Shown: positions 13,614 through 27,380 of the stretch, piece after piece
Layout: each line of letters opens with the position of its first letter
Position numbering within the stretch: the stretch's first letter is position 1
NCBI RefSeq assembly: GCF_001194135.2
Contig: NC_068995.1
Coordinates: 34,651,383-34,715,382, forward strand
Length of the DNA stretch: 64,000 bases
Direction of reading: 5' to 3'
Source of the DNA: Octopus bimaculoides
Taxonomy: Eukaryota
Made by a program: the position numbers and the translations under genes
The notes under the pieces: generated by a model
What the model was told of the DNA's origin: nothing
The model's database searches: none
What the model saw: only the letters and a program-made list of their open reading frames with translations

Positions 13614-13881
13614 TACAGCTATATGTACATGCGCGCGCGAAGTCACGTTTAGGGTTACAAATATATGCATTCACGATTGTTGATTCTACGTCTTTTAATT
13701 TTGCAGATAGTCAGGATGTCCTATGGTTAGATCAACGAGGTTACAGTGGTTATCCGAATGCACACACGCACTCGTGCGTGAGCATATATGCACGCACTTG
13801 ATCTAAGGCACTCAAGCTCACATACACAAACACACTGTTACTGATATGCATAAAGACACACACTTGCAGCATATACACCCC

Positions 13882-13915
<34 letters not shown>

Positions 13916-15045
13916 TTCTGTATGAAAGTATGTATATATATATATATATATATATATCATATTCATATACGATGATGCTGATGACTGATGTGGATGAGTG
14001 TCTCGTTCTACAAGATAATAGCAGATCCCACATTCAGAAATCATAGCTGGACATCCGTGCGTCATTCGATTTATTGCCTTTACTTTAAAGAATTGTTATT
14101 GAATGTCTCTCTTTGAGACATTTAGAAATAATTATATTTCTACACACACACCTACCCACGTAAATACATACATACATACACACACACACACATACATACA
14201 CACACATATATATCAACCAAAGTAGTCAGTGAGATCCGTGAAGGTAGAGTCCAAAAGAGTACGAAGATCCAGTGGTAATCCGGGTGGAATGCTGATATGT
14301 GGATGAGGAGAGATGCTGAAAGGTCTGGAAATGGTTAAGATATGCAAGTCCAAAAGAATGAGATGTTCAGTCAGAATCAAACTAGGGTATACACACACAC
14401 ACACACACACACGTACACGTGCGCGCTCGCTCGCAGACATACACACACATACGCACGTATGTATGCATGTATGTATGCATGTATGTATGCATGTAGGTAT
14501 GTATGTGTCTATGTGTGCATATGTGTGTTTGTATGTGAGCGTGTGTGTAGTTGGAGCACAAAAATAGACGAGCCAGAGCATTTTAAGATATATCGCTACA
14601 AAAATACATTTCCTCAGAGATGAAAACATGCAAATATCTCTCAGTCCTCATATACATATTTTTGTCTGCAACTCTAGCGACGCCCACCGCACAGTTGCCA
14701 TCACATACACGCACGCATATATAAAGTCGAACAAAACTATACGGTAATATAATCGGAACACTGTTTAAAAGAGAAAGAATCAGTGAAGACGGCTGCAGGC
14801 CGTATTATCCGTGTGCTGTTACTGTAGTAGTAACGGCTCGAAGATAAAGCCTCGTGTGGGTTAGCTGACTTAGAATAATCTTCACGATCCATCTTAACAA
14901 ACACTAGATTCTTATCATTTATCGTTTGACAGATGCAATTAGTGGTAAAAGCAGGAGAATGTGTGTGTGTATGTGCGTGTATGTGTTTGTGTGCGAGTAT
15001 GTGTATTACACACACTTAGATATACAACGTAAGCATGTATGTGTG

Positions 15046-15088
<43 letters not shown>

Positions 15089-15129
15089 TTATACATATAT
15101 ATACGCACACACACATACATACACACACG

Positions 15130-15177
<48 letters not shown>

Positions 15178-18100
15178 AATATATGTATATTCACACAAAA
15201 GGCGCAGACACACGCACACACGTATACATACGCCCACACACACATATATGCGTATGCAGGATTATATGTGTGAGTGTGTTTTTATGTGTGTCAATATATG
15301 TACAAGCAGGATTATTTGTGTGAGTGTGCTTGTGTGTATGTGTGTGTGTGTGTAAATGCCTGGGTGCTTTTTTTCTGTTTCAACGCCTGTCAGTTTTGTT
15401 TAGTTTATAACTCAGATGTTACCTTCAGCCAAGGCAGTTTCTCCCTCTCTTCCTGCTCCCTCTCTCCCTCTCCTACATTCTTCATCTCATATCAACATTT
15501 CTTTCATCCCAACACATTTTACACCAATCATGCCTCTCCTTCACTGTCCTTACTAAGGAAGGTGTGTTGATGTTAAAGTAAACGAACTCCTGGGTTTCAG
15601 AAAGTTTTCAAAATTGTTTATTTTATGAAACTTCTTTCAGAATCCACTGCAATAACATTAGCGATGATCAACAAAAATAAAAAAAAAGCTGCCAAATAAA
15701 AATTTTAAAAACATTAATTATTTTAAGCTATAAACCAACCTGTATTGTTCATGTTATTTTAAATCACAAACCACAAGAACAATAAAACGGTTTAAAGCCA
15801 TATACGTTGACTTCCATTTTTTTTTCTTCTACATTCCTTCATTCCATTTTGTTTTTCAACGTGTTGAGCCAGGTATCGTGATGTTGGTGTTAAATTCTTA
15901 TTAAACCGAATGTTTAAGCTTGTTTACTTTCGAAAATAGAAGAGTGTACTGTCTGATATTAAAGTATTTGTAAATAGCCTACACAACACTATGTTGCTCT
16001 TTCTACAATCATATTATCATTCCTTTATGAATATATAAATGCACCGTGTGTATTGTCGATGCATCATGATTGTAATAGTTTATCGAAAATGAGGTTTACT
16101 GATTTAATGTTGACGTTCGTGAATGAAAGCATACCATCATCAATATGAAACACTTACAAAACATTAAAGTGATATGCAAAAGAAACACTGTCGTATGCAC
16201 AGTGTGTGTGTATGTGTGTGTGTGTGTATGTGTGTGTGTGTGTATGTGTGTGTGTGTGTATGTGTGTGTGTATGTGTGTGTGTGTGTATGTGTGTGTGTG
16301 TATGTATATCCATATATGTATATTTTTACCGTCAATTGATAATTTTTACCGTTATGGATATTTTACGCATGCTAAGCCATTGATATTATTACAAACAATA
16401 ATATCCTCATATATGTGTGTGTGTGTATACATACATATATATGTGTGTGTGTGTCTGTGTGTGTGTGTCTGTGTGGTGTGTGTACGTACGTACGTATGAG
16501 TGTATTATATTTATATATTATGTATATATGTGTATATATATGTATACACACATATATACATGATATATAAATATAATACACTCATACATACGTACGTACA
16601 CACACCACACACTCGCGCATGCACGCACACACACGTACGCACGCACATACACACACATACGTATAATTTTATGATTAATGTTAGCTTGGCATTGCAGAGA
16701 AGTACCACATATTATTCTCACATCCACACTCACAAAGAGAAGAAATGGACAATGTAAAAGATAAAATGGAGAACAAACACTTATGAAAGTATTTATGAAA
16801 TCCAGAAACCGGTTCATACAATTATCAGAAACGATGAATAGTTGTAGTAGTAATGATGGTGGTAGTAGTAGTAGGTGGAGAAGCAGCAGTAGCAGTAGCA
16901 GCAGCAAACTCATCATGGTACTACACTGGTATAGCAATCATTACCACATAGTAATACAACAAACAGTCGCAAAAGAACAAATTGTGCATAGCCATTAAAA
17001 TTTCATTTTCTTTGTATGAGATTTACGAAAATATATGCATATTGCGAGCTTTTACTATTCTGCACGTTTTACGAGAGTTGTATATTGGTATTTTAACAAA
17101 AGAAGTGACTGGTGCATATTGTATCAGCCCATCTGGATAAACGACGAAATTATGAACTGTTTAACTCAGAAGGAGAACACAGGTAGTTTAATAACACAAG
17201 CCGTTTTGTTTAACAATCCAGCGAGTCAGTCAATCAGCGCTTTATTACAAAATATGCGTATGAATATATAATCCTACTTTTCGCGCGCGCATGCATACAC
17301 GCATACAATCATGCAAATATACGTGACTAATTTTATTTTAGCACCCTCGCTGGGCCCCCCGGTATGTCAGCGATTATAGGAGTTACATCATATTTAACAT
17401 GTTGGTGTACACTCGGAAATTTTGTATACACTGGAAATTTTGTGCCACCGTCCCACACACATATACATACCACACACACACACAAACACAGATACACACA
17501 CACACACACACACAAACACATATAATTTGATAAGGCAGCTAGTTAGCAGAGTTTCACCAAAAGGAAAATAATTATTGTCATTAACACCTATATATGTATA
17601 TGTATANNNNNNNNNNNNNNNNNNNNNNNNNNNNNNNNNNNNNNNNNNNNNNNNNNNNNNNNNNNNNNNNNNNNNNNNNNNNNNNNNNNNNNNNNNNNNN
17701 NNNNNNNNNNNNNNNNNNNNNNNNNNNNNNNNNNNNNNNNNNNNNNNNNNNNNNNNNNNNNNNNNNNNNNNNNNNNNNNNNNNNNNNNNNNNNNNNNNNN
17801 NNNNNNNNNNNNNNNNNNNNNNNNNNNNNNNNNNNNNNNNNNNNNNNNNNNNNNNNNNNNNNNNNNNNNNNNNNNNNNNNNNNNNNNNNNNNNNNNNNNN
17901 NNNNNNNNNNNNNNNNNNNNNNNNNNNNNNNNNNNNNNNNNNNNNNNNNNNNNNNNNNNNNNNNNNNNNNNNNNNNNNNNNNNNNNNNNNNNNNNNNNNN
18001 NNNNNNNNNNNNNNNNNNNNNNNNNNNNNNNNNNNNNNNNNNNNNNNNNNNNNNNNNNNNNNNNNNNNNNNNNNNNNNNNNNNNNNNNNNNNNNNNNNNN

Positions 18101-18520
18101 NNNNNNNNNNNNNNNNNNNNNNNNNNNNNNNNNNNNNNNNNNNNNNNNNNNNNNNNNNNNNNNNNNNNNNNNNNNNNNNNNNNNNNNNNNNNNNNNNNNN
18201 NNNNNNNNNNNNNNNNNNNNNNNNNNNNNNNNNNNNNNNNNNNNNNNNNNNNNNNNNNNNNNNNNNNNNNNNNNNNNNNNNNNNNNNNNNNNNNNNNNNN
18301 NNNNNNNNNNNNNNNNNNNNNNNNNNNNNNNNNNNNNNNNNNNNNNNNNNNNNNNNNNNNNNNNNNNNNNNNNNNNNNNNNNNNNNNNNNNNNNNNNNNN
18401 NNNNNNNNNNNNNNNNNNNNNNNNNNNNNNNNNNNNNNNNNNNNNNNNNNNNNNNNNNNNNNNNNNNNNNNNNNNNNNNNNNNNNNNNNNNNNNNNNNNN
18501 NNNNNNNNNNNNNNNNNNNN

Positions 18521-18562
<42 letters not shown>

Positions 18563-19648
18563 ATATACACATAAACAAACACGAACGCACAAGCACACAC
18601 ACGTACACATACGCACACACACGCACATATATATATATATATATATATTTGTTTTGGCACCTTCCCTGGTATTTTTGTTATTTATTCATTAATGTGAGTT
18701 GTTTTTATACCTTCAGGCACAGGAGCAGGACTGTAAAGTGCAGATATATTACTTTTGTAGACAGTTTTATGTCTATCGCATTTGGTGTGTTCTAAAATAA
18801 TCTGTAAAGCAACGAGGTTAAGAACGTCTAGAGGTATATACTTAATCAGAAATTATTCAACATGTTTAGCACAGAAGACCGGAAAATGATTATAAGTTTT
18901 TCATAGAAATCATATCTGGCACCAGTGGATTTTAAGGTATTGTTCAAATGATTGAGATGTTAGGTCTTTTAGTTTGATTAAGTGTCGCAAAATATTCGAT
19001 AGAATTATTATGAGACCACTTCTTTTCTGATATTAAGGAAAATATGCAGAGGACTCTGAAGATGAACTATTAATAGAAACAACACAAATGTATATGAGAT
19101 ATATTTTAGTTTAGAAAGTTGTTGTTAGCTGCAGGCATGTAGAATTTAGACACACAGAATTCACATTTCTATTCTAGTTGCTGAGAATGGAAAATAAAAA
19201 CGAAAATTGCATGGGAATTTGAACAATAAATCATATAATGGCAGAAAAGCAGACTTCTATTTTAACTCTGTGTAATGCCGCATTGTATATTAACACACGC
19301 ATACATAATCACATAGACATATATATATACATACTTTCGTATATATGTGTGCGTGAATATTCATATATACATATATGTGCATATACAAGCACACACACGT
19401 GTCCCAGCATGAAGGCGTTGCCTCGAAATGGCTCCTGTTGTATAAGGTACGTGTGTGTGCGTGTGTTTTGTGTGTGTGTGCGTGTGCATGTGTGTGTGTG
19501 TGTGTTTGTGTGTGTGTGCGTGCGTGTGTTTGTCTCTGTGCTCGTTTATATAATTTCTATTCGCAAATTTAGTACTTGTAGATATATATTTATAAATACA
19601 TCTGTATGTGCACATATCCATGCACGCACGTACAAACGCCCCTCCCCT

Positions 19649-19679
<31 letters not shown>

Positions 19680-20348
19680 TTGTATATGGATATGCGTATA
19701 GATATATATTTGAGAGTGTGTGCGTGTCTGTCTGTGTTTGTATGTGCATGTATGTAAACGTTAATAAGTGAAACAGTATGTTTCTCTCTATAATAGTGTC
19801 CTGTTATAAAGCCTCGTTGTTAAAACTTTTTAAAAAAATAAGCCAGTCACTTGCTCAAATTTCTTTAATATATCATCCTAGTAATGAATACGATAAGGTT
19901 GTTTTATTTCTTAACTACCTTTCAAGTAAATGATATAACCACTTACAATCTTATTTATTGCTGTAACTTTGGCAGATGTATACAGAATCGTTGTCAAATT
20001 CAGATAAATATTTTCTGATGACTATACTCCATACATTAAATTGGGGTCAGATTTGAAACTATCCGGCTCCGCTAGAATAACAGAACAGAGAAAGATTATG
20101 TATTTCTACGTAAAATCAGAGATACAGGAAATGGTATTAAAACCAAAACCAATACTTCGAAGTAAAAGAGAAAAATGGAAATCATTGTTATTAGATCATT
20201 TATAAGTACATGTATTTCTTGTGATTACTATGAACAAATATAATGTTGAAATAATAACCGTGTGTGCCAAACATGTGATTGAAACAAACAAATGCAAAAC
20301 GAAACTGTTTCAGGAAGTACAAGGGAATCTTATTATTATGTGCAGGAA

Positions 20349-20550
20349 GGCGGTGAGCTGGCAGAATCGTTAGCACGCCGGGTAAAATGCTTAGCGGCAT
20401 TTCGTCTGTCTTTTTGTTCTGAGTTCAAATTCCGCCGAGGTCGACTTCACCTTTCGGTGTGGATAAAATAAGTATCAGCTGAGTGTTTGGGTCGACGTAA
20501 TCGATTAACTCCTCTCCCGAAGTTGCCAGCCTTGTACCGAAATTTGATAT
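20349..20550 (+). mobile_element. SINE family B, full length
   Basis: ggcggtgagctggcagaatcgttagcacgccggg...gagttcaaattccgccgaggtcgac...; preceded by ttattatta. Confidence 0.9.
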
Positions 20551-20573
20551 CAAAGTTTATTATACGCAGTAAA

Positions 20574-20790
20574 GCGGCGAGCTTGCAGAATCGTTAGTAC
20601 GCTGAGCAAAATATTTAGCGGCATTTCGTTCATCATCACGTTCTGAGTTCAAATACCGCTGAGGTCGATTTTATATTTCATCCTTTCTTAACGATAAAAT
20701 AAATACCGATTGAGACCTGGAGTCGATGTAATTGACTTACGTCCTCCCACGAACTTGCTGTGTTTGTGCCAAAATTTGAAACCAATATTT
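20574..20790 (+). mobile_element. SINE family B, second tandem copy
   Basis: Same motifs, ending gtgccaaaatttgaaacc. Confidence 0.85.
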
Positions 20791-20954
20791 ATTATACCCT
20801 GTGACCATGGCTTCTATAGGCCTCTCGAAACCGGTGGAATTGATGCTGTAATTTTCCACTTAAACAATTGTAGGAAGGACCTGAATTGGGAGTAGAAAGA
20901 GATGAGATAAATGTTTTCAATGCAGAAGATGTTGGTGGTTTAAGTTCAGTCAAC

Positions 20955-21193
20955 GTTGTTGTTGTTGGCACTCCGTCGCTTACGACGTCGAGGGTTTCAA
21001 TTGATCCGATCAACAGAACAGCCTGCTCGTGAAATTAACGTGCAAATGACTGTGCACTCCACAGACACGTGCACCCTTAATGTAGTTCTCGAGGATATTC
21101 AGCGTGACACAGTGTGACAAGGCTGACCCTTTGAATTACAGGCACAACAGAAACAGGAAGTAAGAGTGAGAGAAAGTTGTGGTGAAAGAGTAC
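20955..21193 (-). mobile_element. SINE family C, 3' two-thirds (head lost in gap)
   Basis: Reverse complement of the 30872-31251 copy, with a (CAA)n tail. Confidence 0.9.
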
Positions 21194-21875
21194 ANNNNNN
21201 NNNNNNNNNNNNNNNNNNNNNNNNNNNNNNNNNNNNNNNNNNNNNNNNNNNNNNNNNNNNNNNNNNNNNNNNNNNNNNNNNNNNNNNNNNNNNNNNNNNN
21301 NNNNNNNNNNNNNNNNNNNNNNNNNNNNNNNNNNNNNNNNNNNNNNNNNNNNNNNNNNNNNNNNNNNNNNNNNNNNNNNNNNNNNNNNNNNNNNNNNNNN
21401 NNNNNNNNNNNNNNNNNNNNNNNNNNNNNNNNNNNNNNNNNNNNNNNNNNNNNNNNNNNNNNNNNNNNNNNNNNNNNNNNNNNNNNNNNNNNNNNNNNNN
21501 NNNNNNNNNNNNNNNNNNNNNNNNNNNNNNNNNNNNNNNNNNNNNNNNNNNNNNNNNNNNNNNNNNNNNNNNNNNNNNNNNNNNNNNNNNNNNNNNNNNN
21601 NNNNNNNNNNNNNNNNNNNNNNNNNNNNNNNNNNNNNNNNNNNNNNNNNNNNNNNNNNNNNNNNNNNNNNNNNNNNNNNNNNNNNNNNNNNNNNNNNNNN
21701 NNNNNNNNNNNNNNNNNNNNNNNNNNNNNNNNNNNNNNNNNNNNNNNNNNNNNNNNNNNNNNNNNNNNNNNNNNNNNNNNNNNNNNNNNNNNNNNNNNNN
21801 NNNNNNNNNNNNNNNNNNNNNNNNNNNNNNNNNNNNNNNNNNNNNNNNNNNNNNNNNNNNNNNNNNNNNNNNNNN

Positions 21876-21956
<81 letters not shown>

Positions 21957-22471
21957 TACGTATATGTGTGTATGTAAGTAAGTATATATGCATATGCACA
22001 TGTATGTATATAAAAAAATAAGGGACAAACCATACAAAATCAAACAATCTTGAATACAAATATACAAATCGTAATAATCTTCAGATATAAACTGCGTTAT
22101 TTAAAAACTAATGAATAACACCCATGGATAAATCAACCAGTCATAAAAACACAATGGACCAGCCAGTATGTCTGACGAATCTCGTTGCATAAGATTATGT
22201 GATTTGGTACATTATGTGAGTTAGTTACATAACGCTTAAATCAGAGGCTGTGACCACCACCAAAAGATCTCTTACTACTATCATCTAAGATAAATTCGAG
22301 ATTGAATGTGAATGTTGAACCAAAAACCTTTCTGCTTAATTGTTACATTCGTATTAAACATCACTACTATATCCAATAGACATGGTCAATATAAAATATA
22401 TGTATGAGTTGAGGCCCAAATAATCCAAAGATGTGAGGCATACATCACTGCGAACACACGGGCGAATGTAA

Positions 22472-23268
22472 GTTGCGTGTGGCAAGAAACATTGTTCTGG
22501 GTTTTGTCCCACTGCATGGCACCTCATGTTACTGCCTTCTGGTGTAGCCTCGAACCGACCAATGCCTTGCAAGTAGATTTGGTAGACGAAAACTGAAAGA
22601 AACTCTTCGTAAGACGCAGGAGTAGCTGTGTGTTAGGAACCTTACTTCCCAACCGCATGGTTCCGGGTTCAGTCCCACTCCGTGGCACCTTGGGCAAGTT
22701 CTTCTACTATAGCCTCAAGCCTTGTGAGTGGATTTAGTTGGCGGAAACTAAAAAAAGAAATGCGTCGTGCATATATATATATATATATATGTTTGTATCT
22801 ATGTGTGTGTGCATCTGTCCTCCGCTACTGCTTGATAACCGGTGTTGGTGTGTTTATATCCCCGTAATTTAGCGGTTCGGCAAAGAGCCCGATAGGATAA
22901 GTACCAGGTTTAAAGAATAAAAAATCATGGGGTCAATTTATTCGACTAAAATTCTTCAAGGCGGTGCCCCAGCATGCCCGCAGTCTACTGATTGAAACAA
23001 GTAGAAGAATGAAAGTAATACATATGTGTGTGTGTGTGTGTGTGTGCGCGTGTATGTATGTGTGTGTATTTGTGTTTGTTCCCCGTCACCATTTGACAAC
23101 CAATGTTGGTATGCTTACGTCTCCGTAACTTAGCGGTTCGGCAAACGAGACTGATAGAATAAGTGCCAGTCTTATACAAAAGTGCAGGGATCGATTTATT
23201 CGACTAAAATTTCTCCAAGGCAGTGCCCCAGCATGGCTGCAGTCTAATGATTGTAGCAAGTAAAAAAT
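22472..23268 (+). mobile_element. Nested SINE A: full copy (22616-23015) inside an older copy (left arm 22472-22611, right arm 23020-23268)
   Basis: Arm order is left, left+right, right, all on the same strand. Confidence 0.8.
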
Positions 23269-23649
23269 AATAAACAGGAGCGCGATCACAAAAATCTAGA
23301 AAATCACAAATAGCCGAATAAAAATGACGACCTATCAGAGCAAGACCTGTCGAATACAATATACATAAGATCTCACAAAAGAAAGTATTGCAACCAAACG
23401 ACCATCGTAAAAACAGTAAAGCTATTACTATAGAATCTTACAGAAATAAAACAAAATAAAGTATTATAGCCAAAAAAAATACAATAAAATAAATAAATAG
23501 ATAAATGGACAAAACAAAAATAACACCAACTTCATGTAAAAAAGAATTAAAATGCTAACGATGATAATAAAAACGGTACACGTTCTCATATAAATGTTAA
23601 ATCAAATTCACCAACTGAAGTCACACTTAATAAAAGAGAGCGACTTCAC

Positions 23650-24130
23650 TGCTGGTCAGAGAATTGTAATACTTATATTCTTGCAAGGGGTATCATTTTT
23701 GTTTTGTTTCAACTTGTTTTCTTTTTCTCTGGGCTTCTGTACCGTACGTCTGTATAACCTATGACTTCGTACTCTGAGATTTTCACGTTTTTCTAGAAAG
23801 TTTTGTTTTTGATCTCTTCTTTCTTCTGTCTTTGTTTGACGCTCGATAGTTTGGAATTCATGTTCAAATTACATCTCCGTCGCTACAAGACGATGTTTTG
23901 GTGCTACAAGTTACTGCAATCAGTTGACAGGGTACTAATTTGTTTCTAAGAGGGGACACAAACTAACCCCTTCCACCATTATCCCAGCTATCATTGAAAA
24001 CTGAGGTCTACTCAATTTGTTGCCTCAATTACCCACCTCTCTTTTCTTCTCACACAAATCTATTACCGAAGCCCCAGGATTTCCGAATATGTACAACATA
24101 GGGTGTGTAGTGCCTAGTCCTACGAGAAAC
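23650..24130 (-). pseudogene. Highly decayed Tx1-like ORF1 remnant
   Basis: RKSWGFG and GIMVEG resemble RKWWGFG and NVVVEG in the 32.5-33.4 kb ORF1, followed by a K/E-rich coding bias. Confidence 0.4.
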
Positions 24131-24254
24131 TATACTCACATTAATTAGTGCATTTCTACTATAATAGAAAATACGTAAGAAAACTTAGTGCATATGTCAA
24201 TTGCTGCTAAGAGCTTTGCTCAGTCATGCAATGCTGACTACTGCTAATAATAGT

Positions 24255-24455
24255 GGTTTCAAATTTTGGCACATGACCAGTAACTTCGGAAGAGGGATAA
24301 ACCGATTACATCGACTCCAGTGCTCAACTGGTACCTATTTCAACGATGAAAGGCAAAGGTAACCTCAACGAATTTCACCGCTGAGCGTAAGGACGGATAA
24401 AATACCGCTAAGCAATTTGCCCGGCGTCCTAGCGATTAGCCAGCTCGTCGCCTTA

Positions 24456-24500
<45 letters not shown>

Positions 24501-24669
24501 GCAATAATAATGATAGTAGTAGTAGTAATAATAATAACAGTAATAATGATTTCAAATTGGTGGCACAAGGTTAGCCACTTAAGTCGATTACATCGACACC
24601 AGTACTCAGCTGGTACTTCTTTTATCGACCCCTAAAAAATAAAAGGCAAAGTCGACCTCAGCGGAATTC

Positions 24670-24701
<32 letters not shown>

Positions 24702-24871
24702 TGATGATGATGATGATAATAATAATCTCTTCTACTCTAGGCACGAAGCTTGAAATCTGGGGGACGGGGATAATGGATTGCATCGACCCCAGTGTTTCAC
24801 TGTCACTTAATTTATCGACTCCCAAAGGATGAAAGGCAAAGTCGACCTCATCAGAATTCAGTCATAATAAT

Positions 24872-24913
<42 letters not shown>

Positions 24914-26229
24914 TAAAAATAATAATGGGATACGGCAAATATTCTGCTCAATCGCACAGATTTGTTGTCAGTTGTTTGACCTTAACAGTTGTTTGACTCT
25001 TAGTGGCTGACGATATGTGCATTTCTGGTCACGAGCAGAAGTAGTTGGGGAGTATGATAGCCATGTGTCGAGGGGAATTCTTTGGGGTTTGGATAATTTA
25101 CCCCAGGAAACATGGGTGTTTCGTTTAACATCCTTAAACAACTTTTGTTCAGGGACCTTTTAAGCAAGATGGTCTACTCGACTCGAAGAAAATTCTAACT
25201 GGGTTGAACCTGCAAAGTCATGCGCTGTTAATCTTGTTATGAGATCACTATGTTGCGCACATATGGTTATGATGCATGTGCCTAGTCTACCCGTATCAGA
25301 CGAGTAGTCATGATGGTTATACTAGGCTTCGTATATTTTACCTCATTGTCACTTTGATGGCATGCGCTGCTCACTCACTCACTCACTCAATAATAATGAT
25401 AATAATCCTCGTCACTATAGGCACAGGGGCACGAATTCTGGGGTAGTGAACTTGTCAATTACATTGACATAGTACCCGACTGGTACTTACTTTATCGACT
25501 GCGAAGTCGACCTTAGCGAAAATTGAACTCAGAATTTAAAATCAGACGAAATGCCATCAAGCATTTTGCTCGGTGTGCTAACGATTCTGACAGCTAACTG
25601 CCTTACTAATCTTTTCTACTAAAGGAAAAAAAGTCTAGCTGCCTTGATAATAATAATAGTGGTTCAAAATTTTGAATCAAGGCCAGCAAGTACTGGGACG
25701 TAGGTAAGTCGTCCACATCGACCCCAGTGCTCAACTGGTCCTTATTCTATTGACCGTGAAAGAATGAAATGCAAAGTCGACCTCGGCGGAATTTAAAGTG
25801 AGAACGAAGTAAGGGACGAAACGATACTAAGCATTTTTCACGGCGTGCTAACGATATTCTGCCAGTTCGCTGCCTTTGTGTAACCCAAAACGAGGGTTCT
25901 TGGCATCCAAGGCTACTGTTGTAGCCCTATGTTAGGATGCTTCCCTTTTCCAACAGTCTAATCTGCTGAATGTATATGAAAATAATAATAATAACGTTTT
26001 TAGATTTTGCCACAGGGGCAGCAATTGTTTGGGATGAGGGGGATGAGTAGAGTACGTCGATCCCAGTCTTTAACCGGTACTTATTTTACCGACCCAGAAC
26101 TGATGGAAGGCAAAGTCGACCAGGGCGGAATTTGAACTTCGAACATGAACACGGGCGAAATACTGCTAAGCATTTCGTCCGGCGCGGTAACGATTCTCCC
26201 AACTTGCTGCTGTAATAATAATGATGATG

Positions 26230-26290
<61 letters not shown>

Positions 26291-26313
26291 TAATAATAAT
26301 AATGATAATACTA

Positions 26314-26370
<57 letters not shown>

Positions 26371-26568
26371 CCTTTCTACTGGAGGCAAAAGGCTTCAAAT
26401 TTTGGGGGAAGGAGACTAGTCGATTACATCGACCCAAGCGTTTCACTGGTACTTAATTTGTCGACTCCAAAAAGATGAAAGGCAAGTTCAACTTCAGCGG
26501 AATTTGAACTCAGAATATGCAGACGATCGAAATGCTGCTAAGCATTCTTGCCCCGCGTGTTAACATCC
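24255..26568 (-). mobile_element. Cluster of seven SINE B copies (about 24255-24452, 24548-24669, 24726-24860, 25405-25602, 25661-25875, 25995-26211, 26369-26568) separated mostly by (TAA)n/(CTA)n
   Basis: Each copy carries gtcgattacatcgac/ggtactt/aggcaaagtcgacctc motifs on the same strand. Confidence 0.9.
24927..25388 (-). mobile_element. About 460-bp non-coding interspersed element bounded by (TAA)n on both sides
   Basis: Reverse-complement homolog of 28378-28768 (for example ctgctcaat..cacagatttg..gtcagttgtttgacctt). No convincing ORF. Confidence 0.8.
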
Positions 26569-26996
26569 TTGTATGCTCATGAGCGGTGACAGCAGTTAAG
26601 TAGCAAACAGCCTTTAATACTATGTATTCACATTGGCAAATACTTATCCTATAACCATAAATTTGTTAGTCCATTAGTTTTTGTTTGAATGCTAGGGAAG
26701 GGTTGCTAAGATTATAAATATGTAAGTAGAGACAATCAATTTGTTGGTGGGCTGGTAGGAAGAAGGTTAACTAAATAGCCATATAATTCCATGGACATAT
26801 GTATGCATCCAATATAGATGCATACATGGATTCATACATAGCAATATATATCAATATATTCACATACTCAATCATCCGTGCAATACACAGACGTATAAAA
26901 CTTATATGTATATATGTTTCTATATAATTATATTTATTTACTTGTATACAAATAGATGTATGTATGCATATGTATGTATGTATATATATATATATA

Positions 26997-27085
26997 TACG
27001 AGAGGCTGCTGAAAAGTTCCTGGCTTTGAGGGTATCACGAAAGGCATGGCTGGAAGCCTAAACTGTCGTGTTCTTTTACAGGGCT
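26997..27085 (+). mobile_element. Mariner-type TIR fragment after a TA repeat
   Basis: tacgagaggctgctgaaaagttcctggc resembles mariner TACGAGGG...AAAAGT termini. Confidence 0.5.
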
Positions 27086-27116
27086 TATTATTATTGTTAT
27101 TATAATTATTATTATA

Positions 27117-27163
<47 letters not shown>

Positions 27164-27380
27164 GGCAACAAGCTGGCAGGATCGTGAGCACACCCGACAA
27201 AATGTATGGTGGCATTTCCTTCAGGTTTACGTTCTCTGATGACTTACCGCCTGAGGTCACTTTGCCTTTTATCCATTTAGAGTTGATAAAATAAGAATCA
27301 TGCAAAAAAGGGGGTTCGATGTAATCGACAAACCCCGACCCCAAATTTTCAGGCTTTTTGCCTATAACACAAAGGATTAT
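27164..27380 (+). mobile_element. SINE family B, diverged, directly after (TTA)n
   Basis: ggcaacaagctggcaggatcgtgagcac...gaggtcactttgcctttt...tcgatgtaatcgac...aaaggattatt. Confidence 0.75.

Noticed and set aside
14215-14390. Purine-rich segment weakly like a LINE endonuclease (GGMLI...)
   Set aside because: Only one loose motif, with stops; not enough evidence.
14737-14900. Minus-strand MDREDYSKSANPHEALSSSRYYY ORF in a CpG-containing patch
   Set aside because: No recognisable homology, no donor site and no supporting exons.
18717-18732. 16-nt AG...GT microexon-like pattern
   Set aside because: Weak donor, not frame-preserving, and expected by chance.
23280-23850. A-rich to T-rich strand switch suggesting a foldback
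   Set aside because: The arms do not align beyond a few short words. It is better explained by the K/E-rich tail and T-rich UTR of a decayed ORF1 element.
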